DNA of 61,028 bases from a virus (Duplodnaviria; Caudoviricetes), in IMG/VR virus record IMGVR_UViG_3300036774_000039, positions 1 through 61,028 of that record, one strand, 5' to 3'. Position 1 is the first letter of the stretch. Every line of letters starts with the position of its first letter. Positions 44,313 to 55,402 of this stretch are shown here, piece by piece. Both the position numbers and the translations under genes were made by a program. Below the pieces are notes generated by a model. It worked only from the letters and a program-made list of their open reading frames with translations. It ran no database searches and was not told the DNA's origin.

Positions 44313-45407
44313 ATGGCAGCGTTCGGGGATCTCGATACATCAACCCTCAACCGGGTACACGACGAGCTCGTTCAGGCCGGTGGAAGATACGTCGATATGC
44401 TGAACGCGAAGACGAATCTCGCGAAACAGCAACAGGCTCAGGCGACTTCCCAGGAGGCACTCAGCGCCCTGATGAACGTCTACAAGAACCCGAAGGCATC
44501 GCCGGAGGAGGTCATGCGCGGGACGCTCGAGGCGCACTCGAAACTCGCGTCTATCGACCATCCGATCGCGACGAAGACAGCCTCGACCGTGGACAAACTC
44601 GCTGAGACGTTCTCGAAATTCCATCCGACCCGCGTGAATGCGCCGAGGGTCTCGCTCCGCGATCCCGAAGGGAAACTCACGATCGTCGATCATGCAGGAT
44701 CACAGTACCAGAAGAAGGAAATCTTCGACCCCGAACACCCGGAGACATCGCTCGGCTATTCATTCGTGCCCCACAACCCACCGGGGAGCAGGACTGGCGG
44801 GGGACGGTCGGCGGCCGAACTGAATGCCCGGAAGCAGACGGTTGAGATTCCGTTCCTCGAGCCCGACCCGAATAAGAGAACACAGGGAGTCATCAAAACG
44901 GAAAAGTATACCGGTCAGCCGGAGGAAATCTCGAAGCGCCTCGTCTATGAGGCGGTGAAACTCGAGAACGAACTGAAGCCCTACACCCAGTTACCGGCAC
45001 AGGCAGGATCAACGGCTCCGGCCCTCGACCTGAATCAGTACGTCGACGGGACAAAGAAGATCGACATCGACAGCCCGGACATCCAGCGGATCACCGATCT
45101 GGACGAGCAGAGGAAGGTCGTGGCGATGGTTCAGGCGTGGCAGAACCTCATCAACCAGGCCCGGCAGTATGCGACCCGAGGAGTAGGAGCCCAGAAAGCC
45201 GATCTCTCGACCTTCCAAGGGGCACAGGCGGCCACCGCCCCGGTCCCGACCGGACAGACAGCACAGGACGAGGGAGGGGGAGAGGAACAGGCACCAGCAA
45301 CGATGAAGACCGATTACTCGGGGATGGATGTTGACGCACTTATCGACGCCGCCGAGAACGACCCGGATGCGTACGCGGAACTGAAAAAACGCGGAGTGAT
45401 TCAATAA
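44313..45407 (+). CDS. Internal virion/DNA ejection protein
   Basis: Helical and A/Q-rich; second of three ejection-position genes. Confidence 0.55.
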   Translation: MAAFGDLDTSTLNRVHDELVQAGGRYVDMLNAKTNLAKQQQAQATSQEALSALMNVYKNPKASPEEVMRGTLEAHSKLASIDHPIATKTASTVDKLAETFSKFHPTRVNAPRVSLRDPEGKLTIVDHAGSQYQKKEIFDPEHPETSLGYSFVPHNPPGSRTGGGRSAAELNARKQTVEIPFLEPDPNKRTQGVIKTEKYTGQPEEISKRLVYEAVKLENELKPYTQLPAQAGSTAPALDLNQYVDGTKKIDIDSPDIQRITDLDEQRKVVAMVQAWQNLINQARQYATRGVGAQKADLSTFQGAQAATAPVPTGQTAQDEGGGEEQAPATMKTDYSGMDVDALIDAAENDPDAYAELKKRGVIQ

Positions 45408-48400
45408 TGCCTGACGCTGGATGGAGTGGCGGTGGGATGACGAGGGCATCAACCGGAGTCGTAAGTGATGCTCCGGAGTCCCGCGAACAGAAACTCGCTC
45501 GGCTGAAGCAGAAGTACGAACCTGACGTCCGTAACCAGAAACTCATGGCCCTCCAACAGAAGTACGAGGGCTCTGGGGCGTCTGCAAAGACAAGGGCGAC
45601 TACCGTCTTTGGCCCGATGAAAGAAGAGACGGGGGAGGACAAGGGCGCACGATTCATCGAGACCGCGAAGCATCCTTTCCAGAGTCTCATGGATACGGTC
45701 GTACCGAAGACGAAGATGAATCCGAGAGGTGCCGCAGCGTATCAGAGCCTCCACTATCTCGCCAGTCTTCTCGACATCCCTGCAGGAGCCCCGGCAAGAA
45801 TCGTGACCGGAGCTACCGATGCTGCGCCTGACATCGCTCGAGACATCGAAGCGACATACGGAGCGGCAGAATCCGGGAATCTCGCACAGGCAGGATCTTC
45901 TCTCGCACTGGCGGGTGGAAAGTTTCTGAAGGCAACGGGTGAAGCCGCGGTCGGTACTCTGATGGCCGGGACAGGTGGGGGTCTCGCCATCACAGCCGGG
46001 GTTCAGGGGGCAAGCGATCTCGCTCATCAATTCGACCCTGAACAAAAACCCGGACAGCCACCGCCCAAGCCAGGAGTAGCTTCACGCGCTGTTGCAGGAG
46101 CGATGAAATTAATGTCCCCTGCGACTACTCTCATCAAACCGACGAGCCCTCTGGGTCAGGTGGCAACCGGCGTCCTGGATGCCGGATACCAGATGTTCTC
46201 GATGCTCCTCCTCCACGGTATCAAGGGAGAGATCGCCGGCAGAATCGCCGACAAGGTGAGGGCCAAACAACCCCTCACGCCCGACGAAGTGAAGGTCGTG
46301 AAGGACGAGGCCCCGCCACTTGCCGAGAAGATCCAGCCGGACAACACTCTTCAGCCGAGCCCGGATGACTTCACGCCCGAGAAATCCGCCAAGGCAAAGA
46401 GACTCGCCGAAGAACGACGTCTGCAAAAACTCAAAAGTCAGTACGGCGTGGCGACGAGTACGGCAGAACCCGCCCCCGCGGGCCCCGAGAGGCAACTCCG
46501 CCAGGGCCCGGATTTCATCGCCCCAGAATCAGGCCCAGCGTCACGTCCGGCCAATTTCCCGCCGGAGCGCGTGATACCTGAAGGGCCACCTCCTCCCGGA
46601 GACGGAGAACCACCGCCACCGCCGGGAGCACCGGGAGCGCAAGAACCGCCTCCACCCCCCGCGCCAGCGGCAGGGGGAGCCCCACAGATGCCCCCAGAAG
46701 GGCAAACTCCCCCTCCCCCGCCTAGTGGACCGGCCCCGCCCCCACAAGCCCCACCTGCGGCGGAAGGGATGGCAAAGCCCCCGTCTCCTGAAGACATTGT
46801 GAAGAAAAACATTCAGGAACACGGTAATTTGAGGCTCGAGGGGATACGGGATACACCGCAGGGGAAGATGGTCGATTTCACGGATGTCGACCCGAATAGC
46901 CCGAGCGTCAACGGCACTCTGACGAGGCCGATCGAGGAAGTCTCCGACCCGGAGAAACTGAAGAAGGCGGTCGAGGACAAGAGGGAAGTCTTCCGCAAGG
47001 CGGCCGAGACGAATAAGCCGAAGCCCGTCGAGGCCCCGCCTGAAGTGAGGAAAGCCGAAGAGATCAAGGGTGAGGCCGATGCTCAGGCCGGCGGTGGCGT
47101 CGACGCGGCCTTCAAGCGCGGTCATATCACGCAGGAGACGATCGACAAACTCTCCGCGAAAGAGAAGAAGCGCCTCAATGACGTCTACGCCATCATCAAA
47201 CACTCCCCCGAGAAAGGGAATAAGGCGTTCGATGAGCTGGCCCAGGCGCTCCAGAAAAAGTACGGGGCGAAGGGTGATCTACCCGAGGACTACGGGAAGG
47301 CCGAGGCAAAGGGTATCATTGACCGGCATCGGGATCAGTCTGAGAACGATGCAGACTTTCGGGAGAGACTCAATAACGCGATTGCGCTACACGAAGACCG
47401 ATTGAAGCAAGCACAGGAAGCCGTACGACGAGCAACGAAACCGGCTGAAGCGAAATCGGCACAGGCGTCACTCGACAGGACAAAGGCGATTGTCGATGAA
47501 CTGAAAAAGGCTCTGCCGAAAGAACCTCCAAAGCCGAAGGTAGACGTAGAAGGGCTTCAGGGCCAGATTAACAAGAAACTGGAAGCAATCGAACGCTTCA
47601 GAGATGGCATGGATGGGATCGATAAGGATAAGACGATTCCCAAAGAACGAAAGGGGCCTCTGAAGGACCAACTTCAGGAACAAATTAACAGAGTGAAGGA
47701 TGAGATCGAGGAACTGAAGGGGAAAATAACGCATACGAAGACGAAGCCCATGAGGGAGATCCCCATGAGCGAAATCGACGTCGACCCCGCCAGGTTCCAG
47801 CCGAGAGTCCAAAATATCGACGAGCCTCTCCAGCAGAGCAGGGTCAAGGATTTCAATCGCGGTCTGGTCGAAGCCAACCCCGTCAAGGTCTGGAGGGACC
47901 CGAAGGACGGGCGTCTGAAGATTCTCGCCGGACATCACCGGTACGATCTTTTCAACCGCGTCGGAGAGAAGTCAATCCCCGCGATCGAAATAGAGGGGAC
48001 GGAGGCCGAAGCGGTCGATTATGCGATGAACGAACAGCAACAGGCAAAGTCACAGACCTCTCTCGACCGGGCGAACTACTACCGGAAGATGCGCGAGGCC
48101 GGCAAGTCCCAGAAGGAGATCGACGCCGAAGCCGATCGGTACGAGGGAAGGAATAAAAATGCCGTTTTGAGCATGTCCTACCTGAATCCGAAAGGCCGAT
48201 TGGTAGAAGACATCGCATCGCTCGGGGACGAATTCACGGAGTCGGGGAAGATCGCAACCACGATGGCTCAGTGGATCGGTTCAACGCGACGGGCATTCCC
48301 CGAACTTACTGATCTCCACGAAGAAGAACTCTATGACTTCCTCAAGAAGAATTACCGGGGAGAGGGTAAGGACTTCCGTCGCTCCGGTCAATTCCAGGAT

Positions 48401-51400
48401 TTCGTCGAGGCGGTCATCAACAAGAGGACGTCGCTCGACAAGCCGTTCGACCCGAAGGAACCGCTCAATCTCGAGAGCCTCATCCCGAGATCCCCGCAGG
48501 AATTGGAGATCATCGAGGGGGTGAGAAAGGCGAAAAAGGACTTCGATGGGGCCAAGAAAATCTTTGATGAGAAGAAAAAGGAATTCCAGGCGCGTTCTAA
48601 CGACCTCGAGAAAGTGGATGCCGCCCTGAAGCCGTACAGGGACAATCTCGCTATCGCCGAGAGAGACTATCTGAAACTCTCCGGCGGTATGGAGGCGGCC
48701 CTCAATGCTCTGAAGGATCAGCAAGTTTCCCTGTTTGACGAAATCGAACAAGCCGAAAAGGAGGCGCGAGATGCCGGACACCCAGAAGAAAATATCGCCG
48801 CTGGAGGAGGATCAGGCGAACATCGTAGTGACGAGCAGCTTGGACAAATTGCAGACAAGGTTGAACAACCTCCATCGCCTAAACTACCTGACCAGGCTCC
48901 GCAAGGAGGGGGCCCAGTCGCCCCAGCAGGAAACACCCCAGTAGCAGACAACCCTCTCGCAAAAGCGGCCGAGAGCGCGAAGCCGGCGGAGAAATCCGTC
49001 AAGCCGAAGATCGAGGCGATCGCATACATCCGGGCGATAAAGAATCCGACAAAGAGGGCGTACGCCGAAGCCTACCATGACTGGGTCGTGAATGGGAGGA
49101 AGGGCGATCCTCCGGCCCCTGGAAAAGGTACGGGATTTAATGAACAGGCGGCGATTTCGGTACGAACCGCGATGGACGAGAAATTCTATCCCACTGGTTC
49201 GAGTGGTATTGTCACGATGGGCATCAATCCGAAGACGATCGCCGATGCTCTCGGTATCGTCAATCCCGGCTGGGCGGCGATCACGAACTACCTTGCCCGG
49301 TTCGGTCTGGGCCTGAAGGATGTCGAATCGCTCATCAATTCAGTTGGCCCACAGGGTCAGCCGTTCCTCTGGCAGTCTCCGAAATACGGGGAACTCCCGA
49401 CGCGGGATGGATTCCATATCCCCTGGATTGACCCGGACGCCCCGATCGACCCGATGGTCAAAGAGATGAACCCGATGATGCAGAAGATCGCATCCGGCGT
49501 CTCTCCTGGCGTTGTCATCCGGGATGGATTCCGGGGGAACGTCAATAACCCGGTCAACGATGCACTTGCGGCGATCACGTCTAAACTGAAGAACGTCAAG
49601 TGGATGAGGGCGTATGTTAAAAGTACCCTGAGAGGGATAAAAGACGCTACGCCGCTCATCGACAAAGCCTACGAGCCCATAAAGAAGCAGTATTTCCCGC
49701 TCTACAAGGAACTGATGAGCAAAGTCCACTGGGAAGACGGAGACGTCATCCCGCCCGAGCAGGGAGAACTCGAGAGCGTCGCGTTCAAGGGCCCCAAGGG
49801 TCGTGGGCCCGGATACTACATCGACAAGGGAAAAGAGGCCGAGGTAGGGAAAATCTGGGAACAGATGGAACCCCTCCTGCGGCAGCGGGACCAGATGACG
49901 TTTGAACTTGCTCGGAAACACGCCGATGTCAGGATATTCCTCGACGCCGATGGGAAACTCCCGAAGGGCATCAACATCTCGGCAGACGAACACGCCCGAG
50001 CGATGAAACTCCGGGATCTCAATCGGACGTACGTCAAGCCGGCGATGGAGAAAGTCGGCGTCCGTACGCGGGATGATTTCAACATGCCGTACGAATTCGA
50101 CCGCAGTGACGCCGGCAGACTCTCGCTCTTCGACTCCGAGGTGATACCGAAGGAACTGCAATTCAAGCATCGAGACTTTGGGACGAGCTCCTGGATGCCT
50201 TCAGCGCAGGGGTCGATGGCCCGGTATATCCCGAACGTCACCGAGAAGATCGCATTCAACAATTTCTACCGGAAGTGGGAACCGTTCTTCAACAGCAAGG
50301 AATTCCCGCCTGAATTGAGGAACTACATCGGCGGGTGGATCAAGGACGGTATCCACAGCAAGTCGAGGGATTTCCCGAACGAGGTGGTCAATGCCGTTGT
50401 CTCGATGGAATTCCTGCGACTGATGGGGATGGGACTCTCGGCACCGTACAAGCATCTCTTCAAGTACGTGGGGAACGCCAGCGCCGGGCAACTGCCGGCG
50501 ACGTTCCAGGCTTCAGCCCGTACGCTCGGAGGTATCCTGAATATCATCCCGAGGAGACTCGGCCTGACAGACAGAGTGACCCTCCTTGAGAGAGCGGGTC
50601 CCGAATTCACCCCCGGCAGGGCGCTCCTGAATCTGGAAGATGAGATCCCACAGGACATGGCGAACAACCTTGTCTCAAAGATGAGGCTCTACGCCAACAC
50701 GGTTGCGCCGGTTGAGTGGATGGAGAACGCTCAGGAGGTTCTCAGCACACTCTTTGCCGCGGCGGGACATCCGGGAGTCGACCCGATCACCGTACGACAG
50801 GCGATTTTTGACAGGATAAGCCGGTTCAATTTCCGCGCCGGCCCCGATCAGCCCCTTGCGATGCGCCGGAGTGCGGCGGTCAGGGCGCTCTCGATGTTCC
50901 AGATGACACCCTGGAAACTGATGGAGCAGAAACTCGAACTGGCGCACGATGCGATGATGGGGAAGAAGGATGTCTTCGGAGATCCCGCGACGATGAAACT
51001 CCTCAGAATGCTCTTCATCGTCGGGACAACGGAGGCGGTCGCCCGTAGGTATGGCTATTCGGTTCTCGACAAATTCATCCATATACCGTTCATTCAGCAG
51101 GGGACAGGGCCTGTCGAGCCCAGCGACGAGAACAAATTCGGCGTGAAGATCGACATCAAGGGAATGCGCCCCTCTCTCCCGCCGCTGATCCAACTCTATA
51201 ACGAGATGGCGAAAGAGGGCATCGCCAAAGGGATTATGCAACACTACACCGGCGCTGACAAGTCCCTCGGCGACATCTCCCCCTACGGCGGTGGCGTCTA
51301 CGAGAAGATCACGCGGATCAAAAAGGACGAAATCCCGGACATCTACGAGGGGAGTAAACCGGGCTACATGCTCTCTCAGCCGAAGATGGACGCGATCGAG

Positions 51401-51736
51401 GAACAGAAAGACTACGGCGAGATCGTCAACGAGCAACAGCATCTCAGCGGTCAGTTAAAACAATACGCGAAGGCTCAGGCGACGGGAGACCGGGCGGCGG
51501 TCAGGCGCATGGACGAGGACAAGGACTTCCGAATGTCTCGGGATAAACTCGCCATCATCAACGATACGCTCTCACGCATCCATCAGGACAGGAACGACAT
51601 CGCCAAAATAAACCGGAATCCGTACTGGACGGACGAGCAGAAATCGACGAAGACGAAGCAAATCCGTCAGCATATCCGTAAGATCATCCAGAACAAGGAT
51701 GCCCAGATCGAGCGTCTCCAGCAGAGGGGCAAATGA
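45407..51736 (+). CDS. Giant (2109 aa) internal virion protein with a ParB/Srx-like domain
   Basis: Pro-rich linker and coiled coils; IPMSEIDVDPARFQPR...PVKVW...ILAGHHRY...IPAIEI. Confidence 0.75.
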   Translation: MPDAGWSGGGMTRASTGVVSDAPESREQKLARLKQKYEPDVRNQKLMALQQKYEGSGASAKTRATTVFGPMKEETGEDKGARFIETAKHPFQSLMDTVVPKTKMNPRGAAAYQSLHYLASLLDIPAGAPARIVTGATDAAPDIARDIEATYGAAESGNLAQAGSSLALAGGKFLKATGEAAVGTLMAGTGGGLAITAGVQGASDLAHQFDPEQKPGQPPPKPGVASRAVAGAMKLMSPATTLIKPTSPLGQVATGVLDAGYQMFSMLLLHGIKGEIAGRIADKVRAKQPLTPDEVKVVKDEAPPLAEKIQPDNTLQPSPDDFTPEKSAKAKRLAEERRLQKLKSQYGVATSTAEPAPAGPERQLRQGPDFIAPESGPASRPANFPPERVIPEGPPPPGDGEPPPPPGAPGAQEPPPPPAPAAGGAPQMPPEGQTPPPPPSGPAPPPQAPPAAEGMAKPPSPEDIVKKNIQEHGNLRLEGIRDTPQGKMVDFTDVDPNSPSVNGTLTRPIEEVSDPEKLKKAVEDKREVFRKAAETNKPKPVEAPPEVRKAEEIKGEADAQAGGGVDAAFKRGHITQETIDKLSAKEKKRLNDVYAIIKHSPEKGNKAFDELAQALQKKYGAKGDLPEDYGKAEAKGIIDRHRDQSENDADFRERLNNAIALHEDRLKQAQEAVRRATKPAEAKSAQASLDRTKAIVDELKKALPKEPPKPKVDVEGLQGQINKKLEAIERFRDGMDGIDKDKTIPKERKGPLKDQLQEQINRVKDEIEELKGKITHTKTKPMREIPMSEIDVDPARFQPRVQNIDEPLQQSRVKDFNRGLVEANPVKVWRDPKDGRLKILAGHHRYDLFNRVGEKSIPAIEIEGTEAEAVDYAMNEQQQAKSQTSLDRANYYRKMREAGKSQKEIDAEADRYEGRNKNAVLSMSYLNPKGRLVEDIASLGDEFTESGKIATTMAQWIGSTRRAFPELTDLHEEELYDFLKKNYRGEGKDFRRSGQFQDFVEAVINKRTSLDKPFDPKEPLNLESLIPRSPQELEIIEGVRKAKKDFDGAKKIFDEKKKEFQARSNDLEKVDAALKPYRDNLAIAERDYLKLSGGMEAALNALKDQQVSLFDEIEQAEKEARDAGHPEENIAAGGGSGEHRSDEQLGQIADKVEQPPSPKLPDQAPQGGGPVAPAGNTPVADNPLAKAAESAKPAEKSVKPKIEAIAYIRAIKNPTKRAYAEAYHDWVVNGRKGDPPAPGKGTGFNEQAAISVRTAMDEKFYPTGSSGIVTMGINPKTIADALGIVNPGWAAITNYLARFGLGLKDVESLINSVGPQGQPFLWQSPKYGELPTRDGFHIPWIDPDAPIDPMVKEMNPMMQKIASGVSPGVVIRDGFRGNVNNPVNDALAAITSKLKNVKWMRAYVKSTLRGIKDATPLIDKAYEPIKKQYFPLYKELMSKVHWEDGDVIPPEQGELESVAFKGPKGRGPGYYIDKGKEAEVGKIWEQMEPLLRQRDQMTFELARKHADVRIFLDADGKLPKGINISADEHARAMKLRDLNRTYVKPAMEKVGVRTRDDFNMPYEFDRSDAGRLSLFDSEVIPKELQFKHRDFGTSSWMPSAQGSMARYIPNVTEKIAFNNFYRKWEPFFNSKEFPPELRNYIGGWIKDGIHSKSRDFPNEVVNAVVSMEFLRLMGMGLSAPYKHLFKYVGNASAGQLPATFQASARTLGGILNIIPRRLGLTDRVTLLERAGPEFTPGRALLNLEDEIPQDMANNLVSKMRLYANTVAPVEWMENAQEVLSTLFAAAGHPGVDPITVRQAIFDRISRFNFRAGPDQPLAMRRSAAVRALSMFQMTPWKLMEQKLELAHDAMMGKKDVFGDPATMKLLRMLFIVGTTEAVARRYGYSVLDKFIHIPFIQQGTGPVEPSDENKFGVKIDIKGMRPSLPPLIQLYNEMAKEGIAKGIMQHYTGADKSLGDISPYGGGVYEKITRIKKDEIPDIYEGSKPGYMLSQPKMDAIEEQKDYGEIVNEQQHLSGQLKQYAKAQATGDRAAVRRMDEDKDFRMSRDKLAIINDTLSRIHQDRNDIAKINRNPYWTDEQKSTKTKQIRQHIRKIIQNKDAQIERLQQRGK

Positions 51737-53037
51737 AGTTTCTCGTCTTCGATGAGGAAGCGGCGTGGACAGGAGGGGCGTTTCGCCTTCAGGAGATGGA
51801 GGGGCATGACGTCCGTATTTTCTGCACGAAAGAGGAGGGGAAGGAACACCTCCAGGGGATCGTCAAGCAAGTCGGTTCCTGGGGGGAGGGCCTCCGGTGG
51901 GTAGGGAAGGACGGTTATATCATCTGCGGGGACGAGTCGGATATGACATGGGCCCGGAAGATGGGATTCAAGGTTTACGGGGCGAACGGGTTCCTGAAGA
52001 AGATGGAGAATGACCGGATTTTCGAGATGGACACGAATAAGAAAGCCGGCCTCGATGTCCCGAACTACCACCACGTCAAGTCGGTCGACGATGCGATCCG
52101 GTTCATCAAAAGCCACCCGGATCAGTGGGTTCTGAAGCAGATCGGTCACGCTCCGAAGACCTGGTCCTACGTGGGACGCGAGGACGATGGACGCGACATT
52201 ATCGACCAACTCGAGTGGATCAAGAGCCAGCCGGAATTCGGGAAATTCACCACCCTGCCGTTCATCCTGCAGGAATTCATCGAGGGGATCGAATTCGCAG
52301 TCGCCGGGTGGTGGATGGGTCACGACTGGAAGCGGGACGATGACGGGAAAGTCCTTTTGTGTCTCTCGAGGGAACACAAGAAGGAGGGTGACGGGGATCA
52401 GGGGAGAACGACAGGGGAGATGGGGACGGTTGGCCTCATCTCCCCCCTCCATACCAAACTCTTCGAGCAGACCGTCGAAAAACTGACGCCCGTTCTGCGG
52501 AAAGAATGCCCGAACGTCTGTCTTCGCATCGATGCGAATTGCGGTGTCACGGATGAGAAAAAGGCGTATCTGATGGAGATCACCCCGAGGGAAGGGTATC
52601 CCATCTGCGCCCTCGAGCAGTACATGATTACGTCAGGGATAGGCAGATTTTTCGCCGACCTGATTGACGGGAAACAGGGTGGAGTAAAGTACCGGGAGGA
52701 CTGGGGGGTCGTGACGGTTCTCGGGTGCGGGAGGTTCCCAGGGGAGGAAAAGCACCACGAGGGATCCTTCAAGGATCAGCCCGTCGAGATGGACATCGAC
52801 GAGCATGTGGCAGTCGGGTACGTCAAGTGGGACGAGAAAAGAAGCATCTTCAAAGTCGCAGATTGGTATGAAGATATTGCCCAATTTTCGTATCATGGAG
52901 ACATCGTCGAGGCCAACAAAAAATGCGTCGAAGCCATGAAGAAGGTCGTGGTACGAGCCCCGCACTACCGGACGGACATCGGGACAAAATTCGTCGAGAA
53001 GGAACTGCCGGTTCTGAAGAAACGAGGCTACCTATGA
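51733..53037 (+). CDS. PurD (GAR synthetase)-like ATP-grasp ligase
   Basis: MENDR..., WVLK, LQEFIEGIEFAV, EHKK..GDQGRTTGEMG, E.TPREGYP and YRTDIG. Confidence 0.8.
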   Translation: MKFLVFDEEAAWTGGAFRLQEMEGHDVRIFCTKEEGKEHLQGIVKQVGSWGEGLRWVGKDGYIICGDESDMTWARKMGFKVYGANGFLKKMENDRIFEMDTNKKAGLDVPNYHHVKSVDDAIRFIKSHPDQWVLKQIGHAPKTWSYVGREDDGRDIIDQLEWIKSQPEFGKFTTLPFILQEFIEGIEFAVAGWWMGHDWKRDDDGKVLLCLSREHKKEGDGDQGRTTGEMGTVGLISPLHTKLFEQTVEKLTPVLRKECPNVCLRIDANCGVTDEKKAYLMEITPREGYPICALEQYMITSGIGRFFADLIDGKQGGVKYREDWGVVTVLGCGRFPGEEKHHEGSFKDQPVEMDIDEHVAVGYVKWDEKRSIFKVADWYEDIAQFSYHGDIVEANKKCVEAMKKVVVRAPHYRTDIGTKFVEKELPVLKKRGYL

Positions 53038-53429
53038 TGTTCCCTCTCCAGGCAAAGACGATCCCCCACAAAGACCACCGCTATCCCACAGTCGGGGATT
53101 ACTGGACGGATGAGAAGGGCGTCGAGCAATTCCGCGTCTCGAAGATGTCGAACCCAGATTACGAATTCCTTGTCCTCATCCATGAACTCGTCGAGGACTA
53201 TCTCTGCCAGCGTCGCGGGATCAGTGAGCCGAAACAGATCAAGCCGTTCGACGAGTGGTTTGAGAAAGCGCGGGAACTGGGGATGGTCTATGATGATGAC
53301 GAGCCCGGTTGTCACCCGAACGCGCCGTACATGCGAGAGCATATGTTCGCGATGATGATCGAACGACTCGTAGGTCGGGAACTCGGCGTCGACTGGAACA
53401 AATACGCAGAGGAAGTGGAAAGTCTATGA
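53034..53429 (+). CDS. Phage protein with TVGDYW and IHELVE motifs
   Basis: RYPTVGDYW...LIHELVE...EPGCHPNAPY..EH.FA; coupled to the ATP-grasp gene. Confidence 0.7.
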   Translation: MMFPLQAKTIPHKDHRYPTVGDYWTDEKGVEQFRVSKMSNPDYEFLVLIHELVEDYLCQRRGISEPKQIKPFDEWFEKARELGMVYDDDEPGCHPNAPYMREHMFAMMIERLVGRELGVDWNKYAEEVESL

Positions 53430-53641
53430 CCTACGTCCCGAAATCACGATTTACGGGCAAAGAGACTCCCGAGGAATTTGCCCGGAAGATGAACGACGAG
53501 CTCATGCACGTCTCGAGGGCTCAGGGGACGGTAACGGTTATCCAGGCGACAAGCGGGGGAGGCTCGGGTGGTAGCGGGGGTGGCGGTAGCACAACCGTCA
53601 CCGCGTCGTGGTCGAGGTACTTTATGACGATGGGAGCCTGA
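53426..53641 (+). CDS. Small virion protein with Gly linker
   Basis: GGGSGGSGGGG...RYFMTMGA. Confidence 0.65.
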   Translation: MTYVPKSRFTGKETPEEFARKMNDELMHVSRAQGTVTVIQATSGGGSGGSGGGGSTTVTASWSRYFMTMGA

Positions 53642-53642
53642 A

Positions 53643-53966
53643 ATGGCTGACGCTCTCTCGGTACTGGGGCAGTCTGCACCGGCAGCATCGACGCTGACGC
53701 CGGCATATACCGCTCCACAGGCATCGACGATCAGCACGATCAACGTCTGCAATACCGGGGCAGTCACAGATACCTTCAGGATTTCCGTCGCGATTGCCGG
53801 CGCGGCCGACACGATCGCCCAGTACATCGCCTATAATGTCCAGGTCAAGCCGGGGTCGTTCTTCTCGGCAACGATCGGGATCACGATGGCGTCGACTGAT
53901 GTCATCCGTGTCTGGTCCCTGAACGGGACACTATCGTTCAACATCTTCGGCGTCCAGGTGACGTGA
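53643..53966 (+). CDS. Small virion beta protein
   Basis: VLGQSAPAA...INVCN...FRISV...LSFNIFG. Confidence 0.7.
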   Translation: MADALSVLGQSAPAASTLTPAYTAPQASTISTINVCNTGAVTDTFRISVAIAGAADTIAQYIAYNVQVKPGSFFSATIGITMASTDVIRVWSLNGTLSFNIFGVQVT

Positions 53967-54226
53967 TGGCAATAGGGGACTCTCTTGTAAAAGCGACTGA
54001 AGCCACCCTTGCCGGCGAGTACGACTCGAAGGGTGATTACGATGGGAGCGGGAACCTGATTTATTACGGACGCGCCGCGATCGGGAGTGCGACGTCATCT
54101 GCAGTCTGGGCGATCAGAAAACTCACCTACGATGTATCGGGGAATTTGCTCACGATCCAGTGGGCAAACGGCAACGCCAACTATGTAAATGTGTGGGACA
54201 ACCGGGCATCCTACTCTTATTCGTAA
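53963..54226 (+). CDS. Small virion-associated protein
   Basis: YYGRAAIGSATSSAVWAIRKL...WANGN...WDNRASYSYS. Confidence 0.7.
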   Translation: MMAIGDSLVKATEATLAGEYDSKGDYDGSGNLIYYGRAAIGSATSSAVWAIRKLTYDVSGNLLTIQWANGNANYVNVWDNRASYSYS

Positions 54227-54262
54227 GTAAGCCCGGAAAACAAAACAAGGGGAGATCCCATC

Positions 54263-54727
54263 ATGGCACGCTCATACGGAGTAGCTTTCAATAACACGAA
54301 CACCGCGTCGGCCTCACAGCCACTCGGCGCTCTCACCGGGGCCGCGACGATCCGGGCGAAGATATACGATCTCACGTCCGGGTCTGATGCGACTCCCGCC
54401 GATAACTCCGGGAAGTACGTCTTCCAGCGTCACTCGGCAAGGGGGACGCAGGCGACATCCGTGACGCCACAGGCGCTCGATGCGGCCGATCCCGGGACGC
54501 TCGCGTTCTTCGACACGGCATGGACGGGAACGACCTATCCGACTCTCACGGCGTCCGCGTTCCTGCTCCAGTGGGCGCAGAACCAGAGGGCGACATTCCG
54601 TTGGGTCGCGGCTCCGGCGAAGGAACTCGTCATCCCGGCAACCGCGTCGAACGGCCTGTCGCTGATGTGTACGGTGGTCGGCGGGTCGGCGGTGAATATG
54701 GTTTTTGCAATCGAGTATGAAGAATAG
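54263..54727 (+). CDS. Virion protein, [FY]EE-terminal paralog 1
   Basis: RWVAAPAKEL...IEYEE. Confidence 0.7.
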   Translation: MARSYGVAFNNTNTASASQPLGALTGAATIRAKIYDLTSGSDATPADNSGKYVFQRHSARGTQATSVTPQALDAADPGTLAFFDTAWTGTTYPTLTASAFLLQWAQNQRATFRWVAAPAKELVIPATASNGLSLMCTVVGGSAVNMVFAIEYEE

Positions 54728-54793
54728 CGGAATAATACTCTTGACTTTGGATTATAAGAATCGTAGGTTGTAGTAACAACCCACGGGGACTAT

Positions 54794-55402
54794 ATGAGGC
54801 CGAGTCAAGAGTGCCGCTTGTGCAAAGAGGGGGTCGGGCATACAAATGCGCAGCATTCGGCAGAACTCACGAAGGTTTGGAAATCGGGAAACCGCTCCAG
54901 ACTACGAGAGTATGCGAAAGAATACTACGCACAGAACGATCAGCAGATTCGTGCAAAGGCTTACGAATGGAGACGCAAAAATGTTCTTCTCTATTCGTTC
55001 TACCGAAAAGCATTTGTCGCGAATCACCGATTCCCCGGTCATATCACGGCACAGGAGCTCCTCGCAATACTCGATAAACAGGGGACGAAGTGTTACTGGT
55101 GCGGGAAAGACAATCTTGTTGGGCACGATCTCACACTAGAGCACTTAAAGCCGTTCAATAGTCCAGAGAACCTTGTTTTTGCGTGTCGTAGTTGTAATTC
55201 ATCCAATATACCACGCAGAGGCGGGAAGAAATTAACGGACGAAGAACGGAATGCCAAATTCTTAGAGGATAAGCGCCAATATCATAAGATACACAAAGAG
55301 AGACAGCGCGAGGCCCATAAGGTTTGGATGCAGAAAAACAAGGTGAAGCGTCGAGCTTACATGAAAGAATATATGAGGCGTCGACGTGGAGCGAAGAAAT
55401 AA
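54794..55402 (+). CDS. Free-standing HNH endonuclease
   Basis: CYWCG...TLEHLKP..SPENLVFACRSCNSS; K/R-rich flanks. Confidence 0.8.
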   Translation: MRPSQECRLCKEGVGHTNAQHSAELTKVWKSGNRSRLREYAKEYYAQNDQQIRAKAYEWRRKNVLLYSFYRKAFVANHRFPGHITAQELLAILDKQGTKCYWCGKDNLVGHDLTLEHLKPFNSPENLVFACRSCNSSNIPRRGGKKLTDEERNAKFLEDKRQYHKIHKERQREAHKVWMQKNKVKRRAYMKEYMRRRRGAKK

